Under the pieces are notes generated by a model that saw only the letters and a program-made list of their open reading frames with translations, was not told the DNA's origin and searched no databases. This document shows positions 49,907 through 59,474 of a stretch of DNA of 64,000 bases, piece by piece. The translations under genes were made by a program, and so were the position numbers. The DNA comes from Candidatus Buchananbacteria bacterium. Its GTDB lineage: Bacteria > Patescibacteriota > Patescibacteriia > CAIXNZ01. Position 1 is the first letter of the stretch, and every line of letters begins with the position of its first letter. The DNA lies in NCBI GenBank assembly GCA_014729025.1, contig WJKP01000045.1:20015-84014 (forward strand), read 5' to 3'.

Positions 49907-50812
49907 TTATTTAAATACTTTAAATTTTTGCCAGTATTTAATGAAAAATTGATAATTTTTGGCAATTAAATCTATTGTTTCTTTTTTATTGATTTTCTTA
50001 TCACGGTATTTTTTCAAGGATGGGGAAAATATAGTCCGGCCAATGGCAAAACCAAAAATTTCTTCAAAGCCAGCAGCGTTTTTCAACCAATATTTAACAA
50101 CTTTTTTAGGAGCGGCGCGACCTAAAACAATTATTTTAAAATCTTTTTTATTATCCTTTTTTATTTCTTTAATAATCATTGGCCAGTCAGATTTTTTCTC
50201 CATGGCTTCTAATTTCCAAATATCAGGCTCTATGCCAAAAACTCTGATTTCTTTAATTGCTCGCTTGGTTAAATTAGGTCTGGCTTTTTTATCATAATTA
50301 AATTTATCCTTATAAACTTCCAACTGTTTATCGGTTGCCGGAACCAATAATTCAAACAAAAGGCCGATTTTCTTTTTTTGGCAAAAATTATTTATTTTCT
50401 TTAATCTTTTTAATTGCATTAAATTATTCTTTTTATTACTTGGATTATAACGCACCAAAACTTTGGCATAATCAGGTTTAAATTTTAAAATATGCTTGTC
50501 AAAATCTTTACCGTACTCAAAATCAAATACCTTTTGTCCACTTTTTTCCGTAGTTAAAATAGTCACAATATTCATTTTCTTGGCTTTTTTTAAAATTTCC
50601 GAACCAAATTGTTCATCAACCAAGATGCCTAAATATTCTTTAAACGAACTTTTTAAATGTACTTTTAAAAAAGCCTGCCAGATTATTTGTTTTGTATCCT
50701 TAATTTTTTGCACTTGCGCTTTATTAATCGGCTCATCCCAACCAAATAAATTGCTTCTAAAAGTTGAACGATGATCAAATGGTAAAATATAAAGCTGTTT
50801 TGGTTTTTGCAT
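49907..50812 (-). CDS. DUF2090-type class I aldolase-like protein
   Basis: PFDHR, GILVD.QFG, EKSG, KVLVRYNP, LFELL.P, PDIWKLE, VLGR, GFAIGRTIF. Confidence 0.8.
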   Translation of the reverse strand: MQKPKQLYILPFDHRSTFRSNLFGWDEPINKAQVQKIKDTKQIIWQAFLKVHLKSSFKEYLGILVDEQFGSEILKKAKKMNIVTILTTEKSGQKVFDFEYGKDFDKHILKFKPDYAKVLVRYNPSNKKNNLMQLKRLKKINNFCQKKKIGLLFELLVPATDKQLEVYKDKFNYDKKARPNLTKRAIKEIRVFGIEPDIWKLEAMEKKSDWPMIIKEIKKDNKKDFKIIVLGRAAPKKVVKYWLKNAAGFEEIFGFAIGRTIFSPSLKKYRDKKINKKETIDLIAKNYQFFIKYWQKFKVFK

Positions 50813-50814
50813 AA

Positions 50815-51783
50815 TTATTTTAATAATTTATTAACTCGTTTAATAATTTCTTGATAATTAATTTTATATTTATTTAATAATCTATCTGCACTGCCGGACT
50901 CGCCAAAACTGTCAGGCATACCTATTACCTCAAGAGGCACAGGATAATTTTGAGTCAAAACTTCAGCGATAGCGCTACCTAATCCTCCATTAACCTGGTG
51001 TTCTTCAATAGTCACAATTTTATTTGTTTTTTTAGCCGAAGCAATAATTGTTTTTTTGTCAATTGGTTTGATTGTATGACAATTAATTACTTCCGCTTTA
51101 ATTTTATTTTTAGCCAAATTTTCAGCTGCCATCAGCGCTTCATAAACCATAAGACCGCAAGCTATTATTGTCACGTCTTTACCTTTTTTTAAAACTTCAG
51201 CCTGGCCGATTTTAAAAGATTTTTGAGTATCAGTAAAAACCGGTGATTTAGCCCGGCCATAACGAATATAAACGGGGCCTTTAATTTTAGCAGCTGCCCT
51301 AACAGCTTTTTTAGTCTCCAAATAATCACTGGGCGCAATTACCGTCATATTCGGTAAAACTCGCATAATTGCCAGATCTTCCAACGCCTGATGCGTCGCA
51401 CCATCCGGTCCGACATTTAAACCGGCATGCGAACTGACTATTTTAACATTAGCATTATTATAACAAATTGAAACTCGAATTTGTTCCCAATTTCTACCCG
51501 GACTAAAAACCGCAAATGAGCACATAAACGGAATAAAACCGTCCAAAGCCAAACCAGTTGCCACACCAGCCATATTTTGCTCAGCCACGCCAACTTCAAA
51601 AAAACGTTTAGGGTATTTTTTGCCAAAGTCCAAACAGCGGGTTGATTCAGCCAAATCTGCTGAAACCGCAACAATCTTCTTGTTCTTTTTACCTAATTCT
51701 AATAACGCCTCGCCAAACGCATCACGGCAAGCTTTGCTTGAAATTTGAGAATTGAGATTTGATATTTTTTTGTTATTTGTCAT
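50815..51783 (-). CDS. Transketolase, C-terminal subunit
   Basis: ADL..ST, GVAEQNM, DGATHQ, GPVYIR, EEH...GGLG. Confidence 0.93.
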   Translation of the reverse strand: MTNNKKISNLNSQISSKACRDAFGEALLELGKKNKKIVAVSADLAESTRCLDFGKKYPKRFFEVGVAEQNMAGVATGLALDGFIPFMCSFAVFSPGRNWEQIRVSICYNNANVKIVSSHAGLNVGPDGATHQALEDLAIMRVLPNMTVIAPSDYLETKKAVRAAAKIKGPVYIRYGRAKSPVFTDTQKSFKIGQAEVLKKGKDVTIIACGLMVYEALMAAENLAKNKIKAEVINCHTIKPIDKKTIIASAKKTNKIVTIEEHQVNGGLGSAIAEVLTQNYPVPLEVIGMPDSFGESGSADRLLNKYKINYQEIIKRVNKLLK

Positions 51784-51793
51784 TTATTATTTA

Positions 51794-52627
51794 TTATTTC
51801 AAAGCGCCCTGTAACTCTTTCAATGCCCTCTCAGCCTCAATTTCAGAAGGTACTTTGCCGTGCCATTGCCATTTGTTTTCCATAAAACTAACACCTTTCC
51901 CCGGAATGGTATGGGCAATAATAACTTTGGGTTTATTTTTTATTTGCTTAGCTTTTTCTATGGATTTTAAAATTTGCTTCATATCATTACCATCAATTTG
52001 CTGCACATGCCATTTAAAAGCCTGATATTTTTCATATAAATTATTCAAAGGCATAATATTTTTTGTAAATCCGTCAATTTGTATCATGTTACGATCAACA
52101 ATAAAAATTAAATTATCTAATTTATATTTAGCAGCCGCCATAACAGCTTCCCAAGTCTGACCTTCATTATGTTCGCCATCACTGGTTATACAATAAACAA
52201 AATGCTTCTGTTTTTTTAATTTAGCTGCCAAAGCCATGCCAACTGCCACTGAGACACCCTGGCCCAAAGGACCAGAAGAATGCTCTAAAGCCGGGAAATC
52301 ATGATATGAAGGGTGTCCTTGCAAAGGAGAACCTAATTTTCTAAGTGTTTTTAATTTACTAATGGAAAAATAACCACTTCTGGCCATAGCGGCATAACGA
52401 ACAGGCACAACATGACCGTTTGATAAACATAAACGATCCCTTTTTTCCCATTTTGGCTTTTTCGGATCATGATTCAAAATATTAAAATACAAGGCAACAA
52501 AAATATCAGCCAAGCCCAAAGAACCGGCTGAATGGCCTGAACCTGCCTCAGCCAACATTTTTATAATATCTTGTCTAATAATATTAGCCTTTTCTTGTAA
52601 TTGCTTTACTTTATAACTTTTTTTCAT
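51794..52627 (-). CDS. Transketolase, N-terminal subunit
   Basis: SGH..GSL, RDR..LSNGH, LQGHP, GPLGQG, TPP motif SDGE...N, T.PGKG. Confidence 0.93.
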   Translation of the reverse strand: MKKSYKVKQLQEKANIIRQDIIKMLAEAGSGHSAGSLGLADIFVALYFNILNHDPKKPKWEKRDRLCLSNGHVVPVRYAAMARSGYFSISKLKTLRKLGSPLQGHPSYHDFPALEHSSGPLGQGVSVAVGMALAAKLKKQKHFVYCITSDGEHNEGQTWEAVMAAAKYKLDNLIFIVDRNMIQIDGFTKNIMPLNNLYEKYQAFKWHVQQIDGNDMKQILKSIEKAKQIKNKPKVIIAHTIPGKGVSFMENKWQWHGKVPSEIEAERALKELQGALK

Positions 52628-52630
52628 AAA

Positions 52631-53071
52631 TTAAGCTGAATCAATCTTATTTTCTTTAGCCCATTTGGGGGTTACATACAAAGAACAATGACATCTACCC
52701 CATATTTCAATTTCACCCATATATAAATAACAAGGACAAATTATTTTTCTATCAGCCTCGGGATTATTGGATAAAACGCGACAGGGACAATAACATTGCT
52801 GGCCTTCTTTTAAATATTTTCCCATAGATTCAGCTAAACCTTTTAAAGTTTCTTCATTGGGATTTAATTTAATTTCATCTTGATATTTTGTTGCATTCAT
52901 CCATTTAACCTGGCGCTGCCAAGTATCTTTAAAAAATTCGAAATTAAGACTGTCAGGACTTATCTGATTAAAACTTTTCTGATTATGACAAAAAGGACAT
53001 TCACAAGGAGCTTTTTTATCACGATAAATATAACCACAAACTGAACATCGATATATTTTTATATCAGTCAT
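52631..53071 (-). CDS. Rubredoxin-like domain fused to a ferredoxin-thioredoxin reductase catalytic subunit
   Basis: N-terminal CSVCGY...CPFC, then YCPCR, ICPC and CHC..LY. Confidence 0.85.
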   Translation of the reverse strand: MTDIKIYRCSVCGYIYRDKKAPCECPFCHNQKSFNQISPDSLNFEFFKDTWQRQVKWMNATKYQDEIKLNPNEETLKGLAESMGKYLKEGQQCYCPCRVLSNNPEADRKIICPCYLYMGEIEIWGRCHCSLYVTPKWAKENKIDSA

Positions 53072-53079
53072 AATTAAAA

Positions 53080-53292
53080 TTATTCAAACTTATCTTTTTT
53101 AATATGCTCAGCCAATTCATCCTGCAATAAATTGATGTGTTTTTTTAAATCTACTCGCATTTGTTCATAAACACCTTGACAGCCCTTACATTTTATTTTT
53201 TTAGCATCCTTAATATAAAAATTTTCCAAGCGCCATAAATCATCCAAAGAATTATGAAGCATTTTAATTAAATTGTAATTAGCATTTTTCAT
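53080..53292 (-). CDS. Small ferritin-like/helical-hairpin protein with CxxC
   Basis: YNLI...D.LWR...Y.KDA...CKGC...H...L; fold assignment is inference. Confidence 0.5.
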   Translation of the reverse strand: MKNANYNLIKMLHNSLDDLWRLENFYIKDAKKIKCKGCQGVYEQMRVDLKKHINLLQDELAEHIKKDKFE

Positions 53293-53301
53293 AATTTTAA
53301 A

Positions 53302-53982
53302 TTAATCTTTAATTTTATTTTTTATTTGATTAACTATTTTTCTTACATTTTCCGCTTCAAAAAACATTGTCCCGGCAGCAATAATATTAACGCCTGATTT
53401 TGCCACCTTAGCAATATTATTCAAATTAACGCCGCCATCAATTTCAATATCCAGTTTGGGATATTTTTGCCTAGCCTGTTTGGCTTTATTTAAAATAGAA
53501 GGTCTTAAAACCTGACCTCCCCAGCCAGGCTTAACGCCTAATAAAAATAATACATCAATTTTCGGGATAAATTTTTCAACTTGATTTAATTTTGTTTCAG
53601 GATTAATAGCCAAACCAACTTTAAATTTTCTTTTTTTTAAATATTTAATTAAATCAAAAATATCCTCATCATTTTTCATTGCTTCATAATGAAAAATGAT
53701 TTTTTTAACTTTTTTAAAATTCTGCCATTTTTTGATTAATTTTAAAGGCTCAGCAACCATTAAATGCAATTCATAATTCAAATACGTTCTGATTGTTTTG
53801 ATTTTAGACAAATCATAAAAAGTCTTATTTTTGACAAACTTATTGTCCATGCAATCAATCTGCACCAATTTAAAATAAGGTGCAACTAAATTAAGCTTTT
53901 CTTTAAATTCTGAAAACGAGTGAGTTAAAAGCGTAGGTACTAATTTTATATTTTTATTATTTTCTTTACTCATATATACCAT
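53302..53982 (-). CDS. rpe: Ribulose-phosphate 3-epimerase
   Basis: QIDCMD.KFV, ELHLMV, FHYE, V.PG.GGQ, IDGGVN. Confidence 0.92.
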   Translation of the reverse strand: MVYMSKENNKNIKLVPTLLTHSFSEFKEKLNLVAPYFKLVQIDCMDNKFVKNKTFYDLSKIKTIRTYLNYELHLMVAEPLKLIKKWQNFKKVKKIIFHYEAMKNDEDIFDLIKYLKKRKFKVGLAINPETKLNQVEKFIPKIDVLFLLGVKPGWGGQVLRPSILNKAKQARQKYPKLDIEIDGGVNLNNIAKVAKSGVNIIAAGTMFFEAENVRKIVNQIKNKIKD

Positions 53983-53987
53983 TATTT

Positions 53988-54018
53988 TCAGGCGAAAGGC
54001 TAATCAGCCTCTGGCTGA
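53988..54018. repeat. Variant palindromic unit TCAGCC-NNN-GGCTGA at the 3' end of rpiB
   Basis: TCAGCCTCTGGCTGA (54004-54018) preceded by a decayed unit TCAGGCGAAAGGCTAA. The element supplies the rpiB stop codon. Confidence 0.65.
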
Positions 54019-54465
54019 AAATTCTTTATTCTCAATTTTTTTTATTTTATTAATCCTTCTGATTCTGCGGGGCTTGGCGTCAAATTTGGCATTTAAAAAA
54101 GTATCAACTATTTTTTTAGCTTTATCAAAAGGCAGCCCCCAGCCTGGCAAACACATAATATTAGCGTCATTATGTCTTCGTATTTCTTTGGCTTCTTGCT
54201 CATTTTTAACTGACACAGCCCGAACACCTTTGACCTTATTGGCAATGATACACATGCCATAAGAGGTGCCGCAAATTAAAATTCCTTTAGAATTTTTATC
54301 TTTAGCCACAGCTTGAGCGACTTTATATCCATATTGCGGATAATCATCATCTTTTTCGTATTTTAAATTGCCTTTATCTTCATAAGGCTGATTGATTTTA
54401 TACAAATATTTTTTTATTTGCTCTTTTAAATCAAATCCGGCATGATCTGCGCCTAAATAAATCAT
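54004..54465 (-). CDS. rpiB: Ribose-5-phosphate isomerase B
   Basis: GADHAG, DDYP, ICGT, ANKVKGVRA, HNDAN. Confidence 0.93.
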   Translation of the reverse strand: MIYLGADHAGFDLKEQIKKYLYKINQPYEDKGNLKYEKDDDYPQYGYKVAQAVAKDKNSKGILICGTSYGMCIIANKVKGVRAVSVKNEQEAKEIRRHNDANIMCLPGWGLPFDKAKKIVDTFLNAKFDAKPRRIRRINKIKKIENKEFSARG

Positions 54466-54504
54466 AAATTTTACTAATTACTACTAATATGCAAACATTA
54501 AAAA

Positions 54505-56526
54505 TTATAATTCAATTATATCACCTTCTTTAACATTATTATTATTTTCCTCTGCTGAAGCCAGTAAATTAGCCGCTGGCAATTTTTCTTTTGTCGAGCC
54601 TTTTTCTGCTTTTTCTGCTTTTTCTTGAACTTGTTGTGAAGATTCTTTTTTCTCCGGAGCTAACACTTTTTCTTGTTCTACAGATTCTTTTTCTGCTTCA
54701 ACCGGTTGTGTTTTTTTAATTTCCTTTTGTATTTCTGGTCTTGAAATTTCTTGTTTGGTTGGCTGTACTGGCTTAGTTTCTTTTATTGTCTTTTGCTTGG
54801 CTAATCCTATGGGCTTATCTTCTTTAATTGGTTGGATTTTTTGAGGTTCAGACTGTTTTGCTGATTCCGATTTTTTTTCTTCAGGTGATTTACCTTTAAA
54901 ATCAACGGTTTTTTGCGAAATCTGTGATAAAGAAACAGCTTCTTGTTGTTGTTGCGTTTTTTCTTTACTCACTTCATCAGGTTTAACACCTATTTCTCCG
55001 CGGCGAGCTTTTTTAAGGCATTCTTTACAAAAAACTGGACGCACATTATCTGGCTTAAAAGGTACTTCAATTTCTTTTTTACAGCCAGAACAAACAGCTG
55101 GCCAGCCCTTATCTTTCTTTTTTTCATTTGATGTGGTTTCCGCCTCTCCTTGTTTTAATTTTTGCTCATTTGACTGTTGAGAAATCAGCTTACCTTTTCC
55201 TTCAACTTCCTTTTTGTCTTCAGTTATTACACCACTCCATCTTTTTATTTTATCTTCAACTACATTTTTGGGTTTAGCGTATCTTTCCCTGGAAACATTA
55301 ATAACTTTTTGTTCGTTACCCAAAGAATCACTATAAACCGGGGGTAACCCTCTAGCTGAAAATGGTTCAGAGGCTATCCCGTCAATCATTAATTTTAAAT
55401 AGATATGAAACTTTGGCAAAGCGACCAGATCTTCCTGAGTTAAATAAGGCATAAACTCTTTTTCTAAAAATTCAGCATCAGCTGCACCGACCCGAAAACA
55501 CATTAAAGTGCCGACATTACCAAAAACTGCCGGTCTAACTACCTCGCCTAATTGTTCTATATATTGATGAGCAATAATTAAATTCAAGCGATACTTACGA
55601 GCCTCTGATAAAATATCAGCAAAAGAATCGGTCGCAAAATTCTGAAATTCATCAACATATAAATAAAAATCTTTCCGATTATCTTCTGGAATATCAACCC
55701 GGCTCATAGCTGCCAACTGAATTTTTGTAACCATCATGGCACCAAGTAAAGCAGAAGCGTCTTCACCAATTCTCCCCTTGGAAAGATTTAGAATTAAAAT
55801 TTTATTTTCATCCATTACTTTTCTTAAATCAACTGCTGATTTAACCTGACCGACTACATTACGAATTAATGAAGTTGATAAAAACTGCCCCACCTTGTTT
55901 TGAATCGGTGAAACAACTTCTTGTAAAACTCTTTCATTCCATCTGGGAAATTCATCAACCCAAAAAGAACGAACTACCGGATCAGTAATTTTAGCTACTA
56001 CTTTTTTACGATATTCTTTATCAACCAACATACGGTTAATTCCCAATAAAGTACTATCTGGATATTCCAAAAGAGCCAAAATCGCATTTCTTAAAATATA
56101 TTCCAAACGAGGTCCCCAAGAATCAGCCCATAACTTTTTAAATACACCAATTAAACCAGAAGCAACCAAATGACGATGCTCAGAAGAAACTTTTTCCAAA
56201 ACATTAAATGAAATGGGATAATGCAAATCAGACGGATTAAAATAAATAACATCATTAATACGACTGCTTGGTATCCAGCTCAACATCTTTTCGGCAGTAT
56301 CACCATGAGGATCAACATAACAAACCCCTTTACCGGCAATAATATCCGAATAAACCATATTTTCAATCAAAGTTGTTTTCCCCATACCGGTTTTACCAAT
56401 AATATAAACGTGACGACGCCGATCATCTTCTTTAATCCCAAAAATCCGCTCTCTGTTTCTAAAAGTTGTTACAGCAAAAGGTGTGATTCCGCTTTCCACT
56501 GCTTTTTTAATTTGTTCTGTTACCAT
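54505..56526 (-). CDS. TrwB/VirD4/HerA-like ATPase with a CxxC-x17-CxxC domain and a low-complexity tail
   Basis: H.YIIGKTGMGKT, DPHGD, YVDEFQ, EARKYRL..AHQY; C-terminal CSGC...VPFKP...PVFCKEC. Confidence 0.85.
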   Translation of the reverse strand: MVTEQIKKAVESGITPFAVTTFRNRERIFGIKEDDRRRHVYIIGKTGMGKTTLIENMVYSDIIAGKGVCYVDPHGDTAEKMLSWIPSSRINDVIYFNPSDLHYPISFNVLEKVSSEHRHLVASGLIGVFKKLWADSWGPRLEYILRNAILALLEYPDSTLLGINRMLVDKEYRKKVVAKITDPVVRSFWVDEFPRWNERVLQEVVSPIQNKVGQFLSTSLIRNVVGQVKSAVDLRKVMDENKILILNLSKGRIGEDASALLGAMMVTKIQLAAMSRVDIPEDNRKDFYLYVDEFQNFATDSFADILSEARKYRLNLIIAHQYIEQLGEVVRPAVFGNVGTLMCFRVGAADAEFLEKEFMPYLTQEDLVALPKFHIYLKLMIDGIASEPFSARGLPPVYSDSLGNEQKVINVSRERYAKPKNVVEDKIKRWSGVITEDKKEVEGKGKLISQQSNEQKLKQGEAETTSNEKKKDKGWPAVCSGCKKEIEVPFKPDNVRPVFCKECLKKARRGEIGVKPDEVSKEKTQQQQEAVSLSQISQKTVDFKGKSPEEKKSESAKQSEPQKIQPIKEDKPIGLAKQKTIKETKPVQPTKQEISRPEIQKEIKKTQPVEAEKESVEQEKVLAPEKKESSQQVQEKAEKAEKGSTKEKLPAANLLASAEENNNNVKEGDIIEL

Positions 56527-56538
56527 ATTTAAATAAAA

Positions 56539-58221
56539 TTAATCAATAAATGGAATATTACCAGGAATAGCTCCTGTCGATTTATCTGATTCAGAATCCT
56601 CTTTTTCTTCTTTTAGTTTTGTAGATTCTGTTTCTTTTTTGGTTTCCTTTGCTTTTTGGGGTTCAGCTTCTTGTTTTTTTATTTCTGCTAATTTTTCTTT
56701 TTCTTCTTTAGCTATTTCTGCCAATCTATCTTCTCTGACCGGCCGTGTCTTTTTAAATTTATCTTTATCTTTGGCAAATTGCATTTCAAAATCATCACTA
56801 TCATAATCAAAAGTCGGCTCAAATTGTTTTTCTTCTTCAGGTGTTTCTTGGTGAGCTTGTTCTGCCCTATCTTCAACCGGTTTTAATGGGGCTTCTTGAA
56901 CGGGTAACCCAACCGGCGCTGCTGCTTTGGTAAATTCTGTTTTCTTTAATAAAGGCGCTTTAACATACATACTTGGGAAATGCCACAAAGAAGCTAATTC
57001 TTCACTACATAATGGTTTAGCTGGTACACCAACAACTGTATCGCGGTTAATATAAGCTCGAATAAATTGATTTTTACGCCATTTTTTACGAGCTTGAATT
57101 AAAATATATTGAGGTGAATTAGTGCCAGTTTCTTTTAACATCGGCCTTAAACCATTAGTATTGACATCTGTCCATTGCTTTATAGAACCAATCATCGCAT
57201 TAACACCCAATGTTTTATTCATTTTATCTTTTTCTGCTACATAAAGATAACGTATCTTAGTATTAAAAGCCCATTTGGCTGTTTTTCTTTCAATACCATC
57301 AACTATTTCTTTTTGAGCTGAAGTTAAATTCATTATACTGGGCTGTTTTTCATCTACTTTAGCCTCTTCACCGCCCCCTAAATTCACCCCAGCTAATTGA
57401 TCTGTAAATTCATTTATAAAATCAGCTGGAAATTTAAACAGACTTCCAAAAAATCCTTGTTTTGGCTTTGATTTAATACCTATAACTTTATTTACCTCTT
57501 CTTTACCTTGTTTAATGCCCCAATCAACCGCCAAAGGAGTTAAAATATATTGAACCCAAATTTGCTCGCCTGGACCTATAGAACTCATTGTTTCTAATAA
57601 TGCTGCCATAGGATCAACAAAAGTTTCAGAAAAACGGTGCTCAAATTTTTGCCATGATTTTAAAGGAATCAACGGATTAGCTGAAAGTGTAAATTCTACA
57701 CCCCAAATATCATGTGTATCATTGGGATAATCTTTAGGAACAGAATTAACATAATCTTCAACCTCAGTAATTTCCGCATCAGGAAATTGAGAATAAACAG
57801 CCGCCTCAACCAAATTACGCCAATCACCTGGACAACGAATTAGAAACTGAATATTGCCTTCAATACTAACCAACTCAACTGATAATGAACGCATGAACTC
57901 ACCTTCAATATATGTCCCCCATTTAGTAAAAGTTGTATGAGCGCCTTGTAAGTGATCAAAAAAGTTTTCCATCGCCTGAATACTTTGCTCATTTCTTTTA
58001 GGGACATCTATAGCCAAAATTACCGGACCAGGCTGTTTACTAGCCCATTTTCCGCCAATATATAAACGATATTCAGGATATATTAAATAACGCAAAACAA
58101 TATAAACAAATAAAACCCAGAGCCAATACTTAAATAACAGGATATATAATATCCCAAAAGTTGATTGACCTTCAAACTGGGCTAAAAATTGATAAAAATA
58201 AGTTAAATCTATTTCAATCAT
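56539..58221 (-). CDS. Conserved hypothetical membrane-anchored protein upstream of the TrwB-like ATPase
   Basis: N-terminal TMs, S.E.VS..G.I.F, Y..PDAEI.EV.DY, EELASLWHFP; charged C-terminal tail. Confidence 0.7.
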   Translation of the reverse strand: MIEIDLTYFYQFLAQFEGQSTFGILYILLFKYWLWVLFVYIVLRYLIYPEYRLYIGGKWASKQPGPVILAIDVPKRNEQSIQAMENFFDHLQGAHTTFTKWGTYIEGEFMRSLSVELVSIEGNIQFLIRCPGDWRNLVEAAVYSQFPDAEITEVEDYVNSVPKDYPNDTHDIWGVEFTLSANPLIPLKSWQKFEHRFSETFVDPMAALLETMSSIGPGEQIWVQYILTPLAVDWGIKQGKEEVNKVIGIKSKPKQGFFGSLFKFPADFINEFTDQLAGVNLGGGEEAKVDEKQPSIMNLTSAQKEIVDGIERKTAKWAFNTKIRYLYVAEKDKMNKTLGVNAMIGSIKQWTDVNTNGLRPMLKETGTNSPQYILIQARKKWRKNQFIRAYINRDTVVGVPAKPLCSEELASLWHFPSMYVKAPLLKKTEFTKAAAPVGLPVQEAPLKPVEDRAEQAHQETPEEEKQFEPTFDYDSDDFEMQFAKDKDKFKKTRPVREDRLAEIAKEEKEKLAEIKKQEAEPQKAKETKKETESTKLKEEKEDSESDKSTGAIPGNIPFID

Positions 58222-58270
58222 AATTATTATATATTATACTAAATTTTAATTGTTTTTACTAGTTTAAAAA

Positions 58271-58303
58271 TAACAAAAAACCTCTTTAGGAGGTTTTTTG
58301 TTA
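58271..58303. terminator. Bidirectional terminator hairpin
   Basis: TAACAAAAAACCTC-TTTAG-GAGGTTTTTTGTTA. Confidence 0.8.
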
Positions 58304-58324
58304 AATTGTGTATTTGATTTATTA

Positions 58325-59395
58325 TTATATTAATTCATAACGTCCATTTTCTAGTCTTTTAAACTTATCTTTGTTCATTAAGACCAAAGTAATGGTTGTT
58401 TTTTGCACTAACCGCTGTTTTAAAACTTCTTCAGCTAATTCTTTTTTGGACATCGGGCCATTATTCTTTAAGATGTTTTCAATAATATCAGCAACCGTAC
58501 CTTCTTGATAACCCCATTCACGTAAAGCATAAATACCACGGCCAACCAGTACATATTTATCATCTAAAATTAATTCGTTATGAACTGTTGCCGGATGAGC
58601 TTTTTTTCTATCAAAATTAGCCTGATTAATCAATTCAGCCAATTCTTCGAAATGTAACGGACGATTTTCTCTTAACATTACCAAATAAGCTTTATCAGTC
58701 ATTCTTTTGGGTTTAATAGTATTCCAGTGATAAACACCCCATTGACCTAAAATATTTCTATTTAAATCTTGTCTAATACTTAATAAAGCTTCTAAAATTG
58801 CCAAATCTTCGGCTTGTCTTTCTTTTATATAATCGTAATATTTATGTGATTGAAATTGAGACGATAAATCCTCTAAATGTAATGGCTTACCATGATTTTC
58901 AATTAATTCTTTCAAAGCCGAAGCAATAGCTACTGCCTGGTCCAAATCAACATCTTGCAAGGCAAAAACTACATGGTGATCATTTAAATCAACGACTCTT
59001 TTAATATTACCGGCAAAAATATTAGCCAAAATAAAATTCAAAGCTTTTTCTTCTACTTCAAGCTGTTCTTGTAATAATTTTTCCTGTAAATGCCATTCTG
59101 CCATAATACCGCCATGTGATTTTAAATAATCTAAAATAATAGATTCCAGATCACGAACCGGTAATTTGGCTCTATCATAATCCATATTTTTAATTTTTTT
59201 CAAACCTTCTCTTTCGATTTGTCGAACACGTTCACGCGTAATATTAAAATCCTTACCAATTTGCTCCAAAGTGTGTTTTGGATAATCTGCTAAGGCATTT
59301 CTTTTTTGCAAGACTTCTTGTTCTCTATCAGATAAATTAGCCAATAAGGCATTAACCAAGTCTGCATAACTAATTGTTTTTATTTTTGCTGTCAT
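58325..59395 (-). CDS. Sigma70 region-4 HTH protein with C-terminal RNAP-delta/HARE-HTH-like domains
   Basis: LSDREQEVL..R, TLEQIG..FNITRERVRQIE; PLHF.E...I, TVHNELI.D..YVLVGRGIYAL.EWGY. Confidence 0.75.
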   Translation of the reverse strand: MTAKIKTISYADLVNALLANLSDREQEVLQKRNALADYPKHTLEQIGKDFNITRERVRQIEREGLKKIKNMDYDRAKLPVRDLESIILDYLKSHGGIMAEWHLQEKLLQEQLEVEEKALNFILANIFAGNIKRVVDLNDHHVVFALQDVDLDQAVAIASALKELIENHGKPLHLEDLSSQFQSHKYYDYIKERQAEDLAILEALLSIRQDLNRNILGQWGVYHWNTIKPKRMTDKAYLVMLRENRPLHFEELAELINQANFDRKKAHPATVHNELILDDKYVLVGRGIYALREWGYQEGTVADIIENILKNNGPMSKKELAEEVLKQRLVQKTTITLVLMNKDKFKRLENGRYELI

Positions 59396-59474
59396 ATTAT
59401 TTAAATTATAATAATTATTGTTTATATAAAAAATACAAAGTATAAGTTATTTACCTATCTTTAATCTATATCAT

